Assembly (NCBI GenBank): GCA_002189035.1
Contig: NEEC01000017.1
Span: forward strand, 1,550,001 to 1,614,000
Reading direction: 5' to 3'
Length of the DNA: 64,000 nucleotides
Source: Utricularia gibba
Lineage: Eukaryota > Plantae > Magnoliophyta
Made by a program: the position numbers and the translations under genes. Below, piece after piece: positions 37,701 through 49,129 of this stretch. The first letter of the stretch is position 1. The number at the start of each line of letters is the position of its first letter. Under the pieces are notes generated by a model. The model did not search any database, was not told where the DNA came from, and saw only the letters and a program-made list of their open reading frames with translations.

Positions 37701-38875
37701 TGTTGCTATCGCACTAATTGGTGACCCGAAGCTCGTTTTCTTGGATGAACCGGTGCATATGAATCAACCCTGTTCTTGTGCACTCTGCATTTTGATCATG
37801 GTTACTTGTATCCTGATGAAGCTTTCTGTAAGTTGTAGACTACAGGCATGGATCCCATAACGAGAAGACATATCTGGGATTTGATCGATGCAGCTAAAAA
37901 AGGGCGTGCAATCATACTAACCACCCATTCCATGGAGGAAGCTGATATCTTAAGTGACAGGATTGGAATCATGGCCAAGGGCCGACTCAGATGCATCGGA
38001 ACTTCGATACATTTGAAAACCAAGTTTGGATCTGGTTTCGTTGCCAACATAAACTTTACCAAGGGTACAAACAGTGGTGATAATCACCACATAGCAGTCA
38101 AGAGCTTCTTTAAGTCAGTAAGTGAATGCCAGTCTCGTATATCTCTCAAATCTCCATCATTTTGAGTTGAACGCATCATTTTCATTGCTGCAGCGTCTGG
38201 ATATCATTCCAAGTAAGGAGAGCAAGTCGTTTCTCACCTTTGTTATCCCCCGTGAGAAGGAGAGACTGTTGAAGGTGGAGGGAGAACAATGTTCTCCCCT
38301 GTGTTTCAAGCTCATTTCTTTGGATGCCTGGATCTGAATTTCTAATGAAATGTTTTCCTTTTGGGACAGGATCTCTTCTCCGATCTGCAAAGGAGACAAA
38401 AACAGTTCGGCATTGCTGATATTCAGCTCGGTTTAACTACCTTGGAACAAGTATTCTTGAACATAGTGAAGCAGACAGAGTTGGAAAACGCTAGTTCTGT
38501 TACAACCATGGCATCTCTTACTCTCAACTCTGGATTCTTAATCCAAGTAAGTGATCAGCACCATCACAACTTACCTGTAGTCGGTAACTGACATCCATCT
38601 CTGTCTGTGGTAACCTGCAGATACCTCTAGGAGCCAGATTTGTCGGCATCCCGGGATCAGAAACACCTGAAAATCCAAGAGGCGTGATGGTTGAAGTGTA
38701 CTGGCAGCAAGATGATTTTGGGATGCTGTGCATCTCTGGGCACTCGGTTGAAATGCCAATACCATCTCACATCAAATTAGGAAGTGTTTCACAACCATGT
38801 TGCATCAAACTCTTCCACAGAAGGAAGCCCATCCGTGGTGTGGTCATTCATCCATCGGAGGTGATAGAAGAATGA
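34782..38875 (+). CDS. ABCA2: ABC transporter A family half-size member (ABCA2/ABCA9-like), multi-exon
   Basis: KNLLLSWRN, Walker A GPNGAGKT, signature [12 protein letters not shown], Walker [20 protein letters not shown]-terminal [11 protein letters not shown]. Confidence 0.9.
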
Positions 38876-39075
38876 GAATGAAGTTTTAGAATGACAAGAT
38901 TGGAATCTCAGAACACTCACATCTTCAAAGTGTTTCAGAACTCTGATTTTTGGCATGAAGAAGCACACACTGCATGGTAAATGAGTGCTATTCATCAGAG
39001 ATAGTTTTGTTTATTGCATTTTGAAAGAATGTAGAAAATCCTACTTTCGCTGCACAGCACACTTGTCTTTTTTAA

Positions 39076-39275
39076 CAGTCTGTTTGGTACAACTTATGTT
39101 TCAATAGAAACACTTCTAGAAGCGATTATCAGACAAAACACGTGTCGTTTCTGATTCATATGAAACTGAAATAATGAAGTGCTTCGATTTTTTTTAGAAG
39201 TGCTTCAAAAACAATTAAAGCGTTTATAGAATTAATTTTTTAAAATTGTTTTTTGAAACAGTAACAAACAGAGCC
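39076..39275. mobile_element. Tourist-like MITE 200 bp downstream of the ABCA stop
   Basis: TIRs CAGTCTGTTTGGTAC / GTAACAAACAGAGCC (11/15 by eye), TAA TSD at 39073-39075 and 39276-39278. Confidence 0.7.
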
Positions 39276-39768
39276 TAACTAAACACTCTGATAAGAAAAT
39301 AAGAAAGCAGAAGTGCACAGAGCAAAAACGCTAGTGATTCTCTTTAAGAAAAACATAGAAGAAAATGTGTGCTTTTAGCAAAGACACTTTATGTCAGGAA
39401 AGGATCAGATCCAAAACAGGTCCGCCAACTCAACAACTTGACTCCATGTGAACTAGAAACAAAGGCTAGACATGTCGTGAGGATATGGGAGAATAATAAC
39501 CTGAAAAACCAAGCCAGAAAGATTCGGAATGACGTGAAAAGATTGCTGCATAAAGAGATGAGGTGAGTTCCGCTCCATGTGTCGTATAGGAGGAATCCTT
39601 TTCTGGGAGGGGTGGCATTCTAAGGATCGCAGATTGTGAAGAAGGATTGGTGTATCACACCTTGGACGAGAAGAGTGTTGTGAATAGAAGCAGCAGCCAT
39701 GGCCGTCCCAGGAGCAGCGCAGCAGCACGCACCGGAGGGACTAGTGAGTGATGAAGAAACCCATGTGC

Positions 39769-40287
39769 AATAGCCCATCCTTCATCCTGGCCCAGCTATC
39801 TATCACACAGCCTGGCCCAGCCCATTGCTCCAAGGTGCAGCCCAAAATAATCCTAGTCCAGCCCTCTATTCTGTGAACTGGCTCATAACAGATTTGGGTC
39901 ATAGATGACCGGGCTGAGCTAGAAGAGACATGGGCCAGTCCACAGAATAGCCCATTCTTCAGTTGTCTGGGCCAGCCCATTTTTCCAAGGTGAAGCCCAA
40001 AGTAATCTTAGTCCAGCCCTCTATTATGTGGACTGGCCCATAAAAGATTTGGGTCATAGAAGACCTAGATGGGCTAGAAACAAAATGAGCCAGTCCAAAA
40101 AATAGAGGGCTGGACTAGGACTAATTTGGGCTAAGGCTTGGAAAAATGGGCTGGACCAGGCTGTGTGATAGCCAAGTGGGCCAGGCAACTGAAGAATGGG
40201 CTATTCTGTGGACTGGACCATGTTTCTTCTAGCCCATGGGCCAGTCCACAGAATAGAGGGCTGGACTAGGATTACTTTGGGCTGCAC
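39769..40287. repeat. Foldback array of AGCCCA/TGGGCT-rich subrepeats, two forward and two reverse (unclassified TE-derived)
   Basis: 39835-39886 vs 40236-40287 inverted, 49/52 by eye; 39927-39965 vs 40186-40224 inverted, 37/39 by eye; longer imperfect arms 39769-39889 / 40085-40204. Confidence 0.85.
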
Positions 40288-41052
40288 GTTTGTGCTTAAA
40301 TCATCATGAATCACGTTTTACTTACTTACACCACACTGAATATTTCCAAGGTTTAAACTGAAGTGAATGAGCGAACTCGCTTCCTTGCCTTGTTATGGAA
40401 AGGTGTGGTAGTGCACTTATTTCAGAAAAACCTCTTTGGAATGAATTCCCCTCATAATTGCCTGCTTGCTTGTATTGCCAATCAATTTCCTGTGTTCTTT
40501 CTTTGAGTCACTTAGATTATAATAATATCCCCTATTCTAATTGCACTTACCTCACCATTAATCAATGGAGGGTGAGTTGGCATTTGTTTTTTTAGCTCCA
40601 CATTATGGGGAAATACTAGGTGTGGAAAAAACTCAGTTTTTAAAAAAAATTAAAATGAGTTTTAGGTTTTTTTTTTAATTATAAAAATTTGCATTAGAAT
40701 CATATTAATATGTAATATTAAAATGGTTGATGTCACCATAAATTAGTTATACATCATATCATATTAATATATAATATTTCACATTATTAAAACTAATTTA
40801 TCATTATATTTTTAAAAAAAATCCAAAAAACTTAAATTGAAATGGATTTTTTCGAAAAAACCTACAAATTCCAAACTCAAAAAACCCACCCCTAGGAAAT
40901 ACGCGACATACCTTTTTCCCCAGCCATGACCTTTTCGATTCAAAACTGAAACTACCGCCGACGGTTTTGGATAGCATATATAGCAACTCCCCATACTCTT
41001 CTGAACTCGCTCGCCGGAGTTCCTCTCTCCGTCTGTATTCTGCTCTCGATCC

Positions 41053-42854
41053 ATGACGGGCGACGGAGTAGCGAGAAGATGCATCTGGACCAAGCACGAC
41101 TTCTTCCCGGAGGAGTCGTTTCAGAGCTGGGGAAACTACACCCGAGCGCTGAAGCAAATTCCGGCGCGCCTTGTGGATAGGGCGCTGACTCGGTCAAACT
41201 TGGAGTCAGAGGTGGAGATCAAGGTGCGAAGTGGAAATCAGATGAAGAGGACGCTTTCGTGGTGGGATTTGATGTGGTTTGGTATGGGCGCGGTCATCGG
41301 CGCTGGACTATTTGTTCTCACCGGCCAGGAGGCGCGTCGGTCCGCTGGGCCGGCGGTCATCATCTCCTACGTTGTTTCCGGTGTCTCCGCCTTGCTAGCC
41401 GTCTTCTGCTACACCGAATTCGCTGTTGAAATCCCAGTTGCCGGTGAGGATTTCGCTGTTCCTACAAATGATCATTGACAAACTTGAGATCTTACTCTGT
41501 TTCTGTTTGTCTGTTCAGGGGGTTCATTTGCGTACCTCCGGGTGGAACTCGGGGAATTCGTTGCCTTCATAGCCGCCGGAAATATTATCCTCGAATACAT
41601 GATCGGGGGAGCGGCGGTGGCGCGTGCTTGGACGTCCTACTTCGCCACCCTCTGCAACCACGAACCCAATCAATTCCGCATCTACGCGCACGGATTAGCA
41701 ACTGGTTACAACGAGCTGGATCCTATCGCCGTCGTGGTGATTCTAATCATCTGCATCATCGTCGTGAAGAGCACGAAAGCCACTTCCAGGCTCAACTACA
41801 TCGCCACCATTGTTCATATTTTGGTCATCCTCTTCATCATAATCGCGGGCCTGATCAAATCGAACACCAGAAACTACACCCCCTTCGCGCCGTACGGCAC
41901 CCGCGGCATATTCGCCGCTGCCGCCGTGCTGTTCTTCGCCTACCTCGGCTTCGACGCCGTATCCACCATGGCGGAAGAAACTAAAAACCCAGCCAGAGAT
42001 ATACCCATCGGGTTGGTCGGGTCGATGGTGATCGTCACCGGTATCTACTGCACCATGGCGGTAACTCTGTGCTTAATGCAACCTTACGGAGAAATCGATG
42101 TGAACGCTCCATTTTCCAAAGCCTTTAAGGCGGTGGGGTGGAATTGGGCGCAGTACCTTGTTGCCGCCGGCGCGCTCAAGGGAATGACCACCGTGATTCT
42201 CGTCGGCGCCGTCGGGCAATCCCGATACCTAACTCACATCGCCAGAACCCACATGCTCCCACCGTGGTTCGCCAAGGTGGACTCCAGAACCGGCACTCCA
42301 GTGATCGCAACCGTGACGATGATGGTCTCTACGGCGATAATCGCCTTCTTCACAAGCCTCGGAATCCTCTCAAATCTCCTCACCATCTCCACACTCTTCA
42401 TCTTCATGCTGGTTGCCCTCTCCGTAATCGTGAGACGTTACTACGTAACCGGCGAAACATCACCCAAGAACCGCTACACATTGATCGCCTTCATCGCCCT
42501 AATTCTAGGATCCTCCATAGCCACAGCTGCGTATTGGGGACTGAGCGCGAACGGGTGGATCGGGTACTGCTTCACGGTGCCGATTTGGTTCCTGTCGACT
42601 TTGGGGCTGCAGCTTCTTGTTCCGATGGCCCGCCGGCCGAAGCTGTGGGGGTGCCGCTGGTCCCATGGCTGCCGTCGGCATCAATCGCCATCAATATTTT
42701 CCTGCTGGGATCCATAGACAGGGATTCCTTTGCCCGGTTCGGGATCTGGACCGTCCTGCTTCTGGTTTATTACTTCTTGTTTGGACTCCATGCCTCCTAC
42801 GACACCGCCAGACAGACTGAAGCTGGAGTCTCTCAGGCCCAGGCCTATATTTAG
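41053..42854 (+). CDS. CAT1: Cationic amino acid transporter CAT1-like, 2 exons (41053-41443, 41519-42854), with an apparent -1 frameshift at the G-run 42647-42651
   Basis: LSWWDLMWFGMGAVIG, TEFAVEIPVA|GGSFAYL, GFDAVSTMAEETKNP, C-terminal GVPLVPWLPSASIAINIFLLG in the shifted frame. Confidence 0.92.
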
Positions 42855-43153
42855 TACTTAGGTGTAATATATGTACTTAATCAATAATTTTTATTTAAAT
42901 TATAATTAAAATTTATTGTATAATTAGATATAGAATAAATAAAATCAATCTATAAAAGTTATTGTATAAATAGATATATAATAAATACAACATATCAATT
43001 CATGTTAATATATATAAATTATGTAATGATACACATCAACTCGTGATTCGAGACAAATCTAACATGTTATCCGTCAAGTTAGACTCATGGCTCATGCTCA
43101 ACTCCGCTGTTGTTTTAAAAAGGTAGTTGAAGCACATACATTGACAACGATCA

Positions 43154-45878
43154 TCAAGATGATGAATCCGATTCATGCAATTCACTCAAACCAGGAGACA
43201 TCACTTCGTTCTCCAACCACATCAGAACTTGCTGCATCGACGGCCGCTCCGCCGGATTTCTATCTGTGCATCTCAACGCGATTTCCAGAAGCTCCTCCAC
43301 CGTCTCCGCATCTGCATCGCCGCATCGTCTGTCCGCCGCGTCCTGGAGCTGCTTCTCCCTCGACAGGACGCTCATCTGCGCGTGCTTTACTGTGTCAGTT
43401 TCATATGATGCAGTGTGTGGTTCATTTCAGGATAGCTTATGTTCTGCATACCCAGCCTACGATGTCCAGTCCCCTCTCAGAAAAGGCTGGATCGTCTGGT
43501 CGTTTACCGGTCACCAGTTCTAAGAGGACAACACCGAAGCTGTAGACATCAGACTTGTCACTTCCGCTCTGCAAGTGCTCTGGAACATTTTGAAGAGGAT
43601 GCAATCATCAGTTGATATGAACACATGTTTATATTTCCAGTCTCAGAGAAACAGGGGGATACCTGGAGCTCTCCTCACATGAGCTTCTTCATCCAGGAGT
43701 AGTTCAGCATGCCCGAAGTCAGAAACATGAGGTTCAAGGTTCTCATCCAGGAGAATATTTCTTGATGTTATGCCATGGTGAATGATTCTAGGAGAGCAAT
43801 CGTGGTGCAGATAAGCTAATCCTCTTGCAGACCCAATAGCTATTCTCAGACGAGCATCCCAGTTCAGCAAATGGTCTTCAGCTGCGTGCACAGCTCGCTG
43901 AAGATGCAGTAGTGCATGCAATAAAGGAAACTAGAGTTGGATCACAGCATACCATGCAAGAGATCCTCTAGGCTTCCCATTGGCAAGTAGTCATATATAA
44001 GAAGCTTTGCTGTGGGCAGCCTGCAGTAGCCTCTGAAAGTCACTAGATTTATATGCCTGATGCTAGCCAAGATCTCCAACTCTCTTTCGAAAACTTGATC
44101 TGAGCATTCCCTTGCTCCATCGATCTTCTTGACGGCAAAGGTTCTGCAATCGTTCATTACCATTCTGTACACTGTACCAAATCCTCCAACCCTGATGATA
44201 TCATCTTCACCAAGTGACTCGATTTTTTCGACAAGCTCGCAAAAGGTGTAAGGAAGATCGCCATGAAAGGTAGTAAGCTCTGTTTCTGGACAATAAGGAA
44301 AACAGTGTCAGTCATATTACCTTTTTATTTTTATCTCAAGGTATGTTACAAGATTTCAGGGGTGTCTGCCATACTTGATTCCTGATAAACTTGCTTCTTC
44401 ACCTCTGTGTATTGATGCGCACGTCGTTCCCTCTTCATGAGGATGTGTATACGGATGAAGCACAAGAGCATAACAACTGTGAATCCGAACGCAGAAATAG
44501 CACCAACTACAAGTAGTTTTGTGTAGTTCCAGGACTGCTTGTGCACTGCGGAGCAAACACATAACAATAAAAATAACGGAGAAACTTGAGCTGAAGGATC
44601 TCTATTAGACTGAGGATCAGTTGAGCTGGTGATACCTGTTGGTTCATCACTTTCAGCGTGAGGCAAAACAGCAGGGAAAGTCAATGAGCATGGCTTATTG
44701 ACTTGCTGTCCACAAAGGTGTACATTTCCATCAAACCTATGGATTAAGATAAAGGCTTAGATCTAGACATGACAGAAAATCTAAAACAACCTGTGGAAGA
44801 TCGAAAGACATACGACATGCTTCTGAAATTTCGTAGCGTTCCAACAACAGGGATTCCACCAGATAGGAAGTTTGTTGATAGATTTCTATGGACATTGAAA
44901 TGAACTATCAGTAAACAGTTGCTACACATTCATTGTCAAATTGAAGTGGCAAGACTTACAAGTATACAAGAAGTGATAAGTGGCCAAGAGAAGAAGGAAT
45001 GCTCCCTCGTAGCAAATTACTCGACAAATCCCTGATGGAAAGATCAACACATTTATTTACTCAGGTGGTAATGTCCAGAATTTCGGCTACTATTTGATGC
45101 TATCACATTTTTCTTACAGTATCCGAAGCATAGAAAGATTTCCAAGAGCTGAAGGAATTCCTCCTTGAAAGTAGTTGGCCCGGAGGTATCTAAATACAGA
45201 ATAAAGATGACTTCAAATCGCAAATAACAGAAATTTGTTCTTCGTTTACACTTACAGGGCTCTGAGTTCAGAGCATTGAGCAATCTCATTCGGGATGCAG
45301 CCATGTAAATTATTCTGGTGAAGAGCCCTGAAGTTGGCAAACGGCAAATCCACATGATTAGACAAAGTTGTCAAATCCATACATGAAAAAGTCAAGGAAC
45401 TTACAGTCTTCGCAATTTACTGAGTCTGCAAATGCTAGGAAACAAAACCCCTCCAAGCTCCATGTATGGCATGTTTCTGCAAAGCAATATCATATTGAAT
45501 GTAATTGCAGTAAAAAAAAAAAAAAAACACAGAAGAGACTCAACATACATCGAGATTACTCTATTTTCATGATGACTGCAAGAAATGCCAGTCCACTGAC
45601 ATGGAGTTTCATCTGTTTCTCTCCAGTTTCTAAGAAAGTTTTTGCTGTCATTCAAGCCGGCTTTTACTTCCAACAACACAATACCTGCAAAAAAGAAGAC
45701 AGTCAAAAAGTTCCACTCCATCAACGGTTGAGCCTGAAAGACACAAAATTTATTCAAAAATCTAAAATGATCGTGAATTTAACACTATACCATCAGGAGT
45801 GAGAGCCAGGGAATAAGTCCAGAAAAGGGTGATAGCCAGAGCTTGCAGACAGACGACACAATGGCCATTTTTCTGCAT
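43154..45878 (-). CDS. LRR receptor-like kinase (FEI-related/At5g62710-like), 13 exons, kinase domain degenerate (pseudokinase or decaying gene)
   Basis: Signal exon ending ALTPDG, 72-nt LRR exons, [10 protein letters not shown] cap, TM helix, [22 protein letters not shown]; catalytic HRD replaced by HHG. Confidence 0.85.
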
Positions 45879-46334
45879 TTTTTATTAAAGAATGGATTCT
45901 TCGCCTGTTGAAGCCGGATGAAATAGCTTCCTAGGGAAGAGTACGAACAATGAAATGAGTTAGGAACGTACTTATTAATGTTCTAAAAGGCGAAAACAAC
46001 ATGATTCTTTGGTGTCTTTTTTTCTTTTCTAGTTAGCAAGTTTTTTTTATTCTTTTATAGCCTCAATTTAATTCTTTATAAGCATTTATCAAGCAGGAGC
46101 TATTGCATTTAATGCTATTATTTTCAAAAGGCTGGTGTAGGTCGATCTTGTGGAGCTGATAGAACTGTCAGCCCCTTCATGCAAACAGACATAATAATGA
46201 ACAATCTTACACTGACAATTGTTCCATATCTTCATTATGTGCATTATTTGATACAACTCACATCGACATCCTAGATACCGTTGGTTCACTTCTAGGTTTT
46301 TGAATCGAAGTACCTGTCTGATAAGGCTCTGTTT

Positions 46335-46745
46335 TCATATGGCGTGCCACTGCCAATCGTGTGGATGTCCATGAACTTGAGCTTCCCACTAGTTCCACAT
46401 GACCTTCAGTCGTGTGGGTACCCTCTGCCAGTCTGCCTGTACGATGAACAGATCAAAGCTGATCAGCTTGTTACATCTCGTAGGTCTGTCTGTACCTTGC
46501 AAACAACTTGAGTTCAGAAAAGGTGTTCTTTTGTAAGTGGCCATTGTAACCCACGCTGCTCTGGTCTGAAATTTCCACCAGGTGAAAGCTATCTGCAAGA
46601 CAACAGCATGGTGACAGCAAGTAGGATATAGAAGATTATGTTGTAGAGTCAGAACCACACCTGCCCACCACCAGCAAATTCCTTCAATCGTAGTGAAACC
46701 CCTGTAAAAGCTATGGAGCAACTACCAAGAAGAAGTTGCTCTGAA
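46335..46745 (-). pseudogene. Decayed 3' relic of a plasma-membrane H+-ATPase gene (last exons with introns)
   Basis: Nucleotide similarity to the AHA exons at 49130-49760 (e.g. TAGAAGATTATGTTGTAGAG is shared); frameshifts and stops; donor GCAAG|GTACAG matches the functional GCAAG|GTACAA. Confidence 0.8.
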
Positions 46746-46806
46746 TTACTAGAAATTGCTGTGAATGGGATGTCTCAAGAAGGTAATGCACCATCTAATT
46801 CTTTCA

Positions 46807-48729
46807 TCACCAATAGTCTGCACAAGAACAAGAACCCACTTTAAAATGATGAAACCGATTCAAATCTCTCACAATGATCTCCCTGTGGTATAAGTTGGAT
46901 ATGAACTTCATCACAGTATGACAATCCACACATATCCTGAGGTTCTTTGTGATTCGAAGAACAGTTCCAGGAGGAGTATTCAACAGCCCAAAAGCAACAG
47001 CCAACTTCTCACTATGTGTGGTTAGAGAATGCTCCTTTTCCTCTTGGCTAACATCATGCAACGAGAAGCAAGTATCTGGGACATATCCTGCCGCCTTTAT
47101 TTTATCTGAAAGTTCCTTGAGGAATAGCTGAATATTCTCCACCAGAGCATAAGATGCATCTCCTCCATGAAAAAGATGGGATATTCCATTGATCTCAATC
47201 CAACTACACCCAGGGTTTTTCTTTACGCTATTTGATTTCTGCAGGGCTCTCAAATTGTTCACTTCCTCCCACATGTTAGCCTCAGCATACATGTTCGAAA
47301 GTATAGCATAGTTCCCACTGTTCTCTGGTTCGAGAATGAAAAGCTTCTCGGCTGCAAGTTCTGCAATTTCCAGGTTGTGGTGGCATCGGCTGGAAGCCAG
47401 GAGAGATCCCCAAACACTGGCCCCAGGTTGTATTGACATCTTCGAAATAAGTTCATATGCTTCCACCAGCCGTCCAGCACGACCCAAAAGATCGACCACA
47501 CAAGCATAATGTTCATGCTTCTTCTCCACCATATAAACAGAATCCATTGAATCAAAGTATCTTAATCCGATGTCAATGAGACCAGAATGACTACAACCTG
47601 ATAAAAGTCCAGTGAATGTAATGGCATCTGGAGAAACCCCTATTTGTAGCATTGATTCGAACATCTCAGCTGCATCCTTACCAAATCCATGAGAAGAATA
47701 AGCAGTGATCATTGCATTCCAGGCAACCAGATTCTTAGATTTCCCACTAAGCCTATCAAAGCAGCTCCGGGCATCATTTAGACTGCCGCATTTAGCATAC
47801 ATTCCAATAAGAGCAGTTATCACCGAGGGATGGGAGTCCAAGCCCTTCTCCCGAGCAAATCTATGTATCTTTCTACCACGTTCCAGAGCAGATGGACTCC
47901 CACACGCTGGCAAAACGCTCATAATGGTAACCCAATTGGGCTTCACCTCTGAATCTTCCCTTGATATGGCGTCAAACAATCGTAAAGCCTCGTCGTCTAC
48001 GCCATTTTGAGTGTACCCTGATATCATACTCGTCCATGAAACAATATTCTTCTGTGGCATCTGGTCAAACAATGTGCGAGCAAAAGCAATTGCCCCGTCT
48101 CTCATGTAACCCGAAATCATTGCATTCCAAGAGGCAACATCCTTCACTGGAATTTCGTCGAACATCTTACGAGCATCGCCCATCACACCACATTTGACAT
48201 ACATATCGACCAATGACGCCGATACATACATATAAAAAATCCATCCGTCCTTCATGCACAACCCATGAGTACATTTCCCCATGAAATCAAATTCCAAGTC
48301 AGCCACGGACTTCAGAACGAATGGATATGTGAAATGATCCCCACGACGATTCAAAGAATGCATTTTGACATAAACCAGCAACGCATCCTCAGAAAACCTG
48401 TACAGACTGTACGCACGGATGATAGAATTAAACAGAAGATGAGAAGGGTCGTCAACAGAACGATATATCAAGGAAGCTGAGCATAAATCGCCAGAGCTGG
48501 CGTACATGGCAACCATTTTGGCCGCCACGAACGCCTCAGGGCGGACGCCGCGCATAACCATGTGGGCATGCACCTGTTGGCCTAGTTTCACCAGAGGCTT
48601 TCCGGTGAATGACTGAAACGTGGCTGCATAGGAGGAGGGCTGAGGTGCAGCTCCCGGTGCCGATACGAAAAGTTGTTGCAGAAGACTGCTCACTGTCAAT
48701 CTGAAACAAGATTGGTTGCCACATTTCAT
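46807..48729 (-). CDS. PLS-class PPR protein with E+/DYW domain (RNA editing factor-like), intronless, 640 aa
   Basis: PLS repeats ([22 protein letters not shown]), PGCSWIE, HSEKLA...CVDCH, terminal DYW. Confidence 0.95.
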   Translation of the reverse strand: MKCGNQSCFRLTVSSLLQQLFVSAPGAAPQPSSYAATFQSFTGKPLVKLGQQVHAHMVMRGVRPEAFVAAKMVAMYASSGDLCSASLIYRSVDDPSHLLFNSIIRAYSLYRFSEDALLVYVKMHSLNRRGDHFTYPFVLKSVADLEFDFMGKCTHGLCMKDGWIFYMYVSASLVDMYVKCGVMGDARKMFDEIPVKDVASWNAMISGYMRDGAIAFARTLFDQMPQKNIVSWTSMISGYTQNGVDDEALRLFDAISREDSEVKPNWVTIMSVLPACGSPSALERGRKIHRFAREKGLDSHPSVITALIGMYAKCGSLNDARSCFDRLSGKSKNLVAWNAMITAYSSHGFGKDAAEMFESMLQIGVSPDAITFTGLLSGCSHSGLIDIGLRYFDSMDSVYMVEKKHEHYACVVDLLGRAGRLVEAYELISKMSIQPGASVWGSLLASSRCHHNLEIAELAAEKLFILEPENSGNYAILSNMYAEANMWEEVNNLRALQKSNSVKKNPGCSWIEINGISHLFHGGDASYALVENIQLFLKELSDKIKAAGYVPDTCFSLHDVSQEEKEHSLTTHSEKLAVAFGLLNTPPGTVLRITKNLRICVDCHTVMKFISNLYHREIIVRDLNRFHHFKVGSCSCADYW

Positions 48730-49129
48730 TGATTCAGAAATCCTACGCAGTTTCTTGATTCAGCAAAAGAAATGGCGAGGAGCTCAGTGGAAGGCAACAT
48801 TCAAGCCGGCGACACGATTTATCGATTGCTTTTGTTTGAGTAACATATATATACAGTAGAAATCTAAGTGACAACAAGTAGCTTCAGAAAACTGAAATTC
48901 TCCTCATCTGTTCATAGGAAGAAGGATAGATCCATGGCTGATGGATGACAATGCATCCAAGACCTTAAACATTCAAAGGGGAAACGATTGCTGAGTCATA
49001 TCAGCTAGAGAAATCCGACAGCGCCATGACATCACATAGTGATGGAAGTACGAACCACAAACACAAACTCTCTTAAATTACAAATAACGTAGTATTCGTG
49101 ATGCTTTGAACCAAGGTGATCGGAAATGG

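Noticed and set aside
39370-40580. Solo LTR around the foldback repeat
   Set aside because: A TGTCA start exists at 39392, but I found no matching CA end with a 4-6 bp TSD, and no PBS or PPT.
1723-42854. GT47, DUF538, RPA1B, TRM61 and CAT1 as true pseudogenes
   Set aside because: Each lesion is a single -1 in a homopolymer with no other decay; assembly error is more parsimonious.
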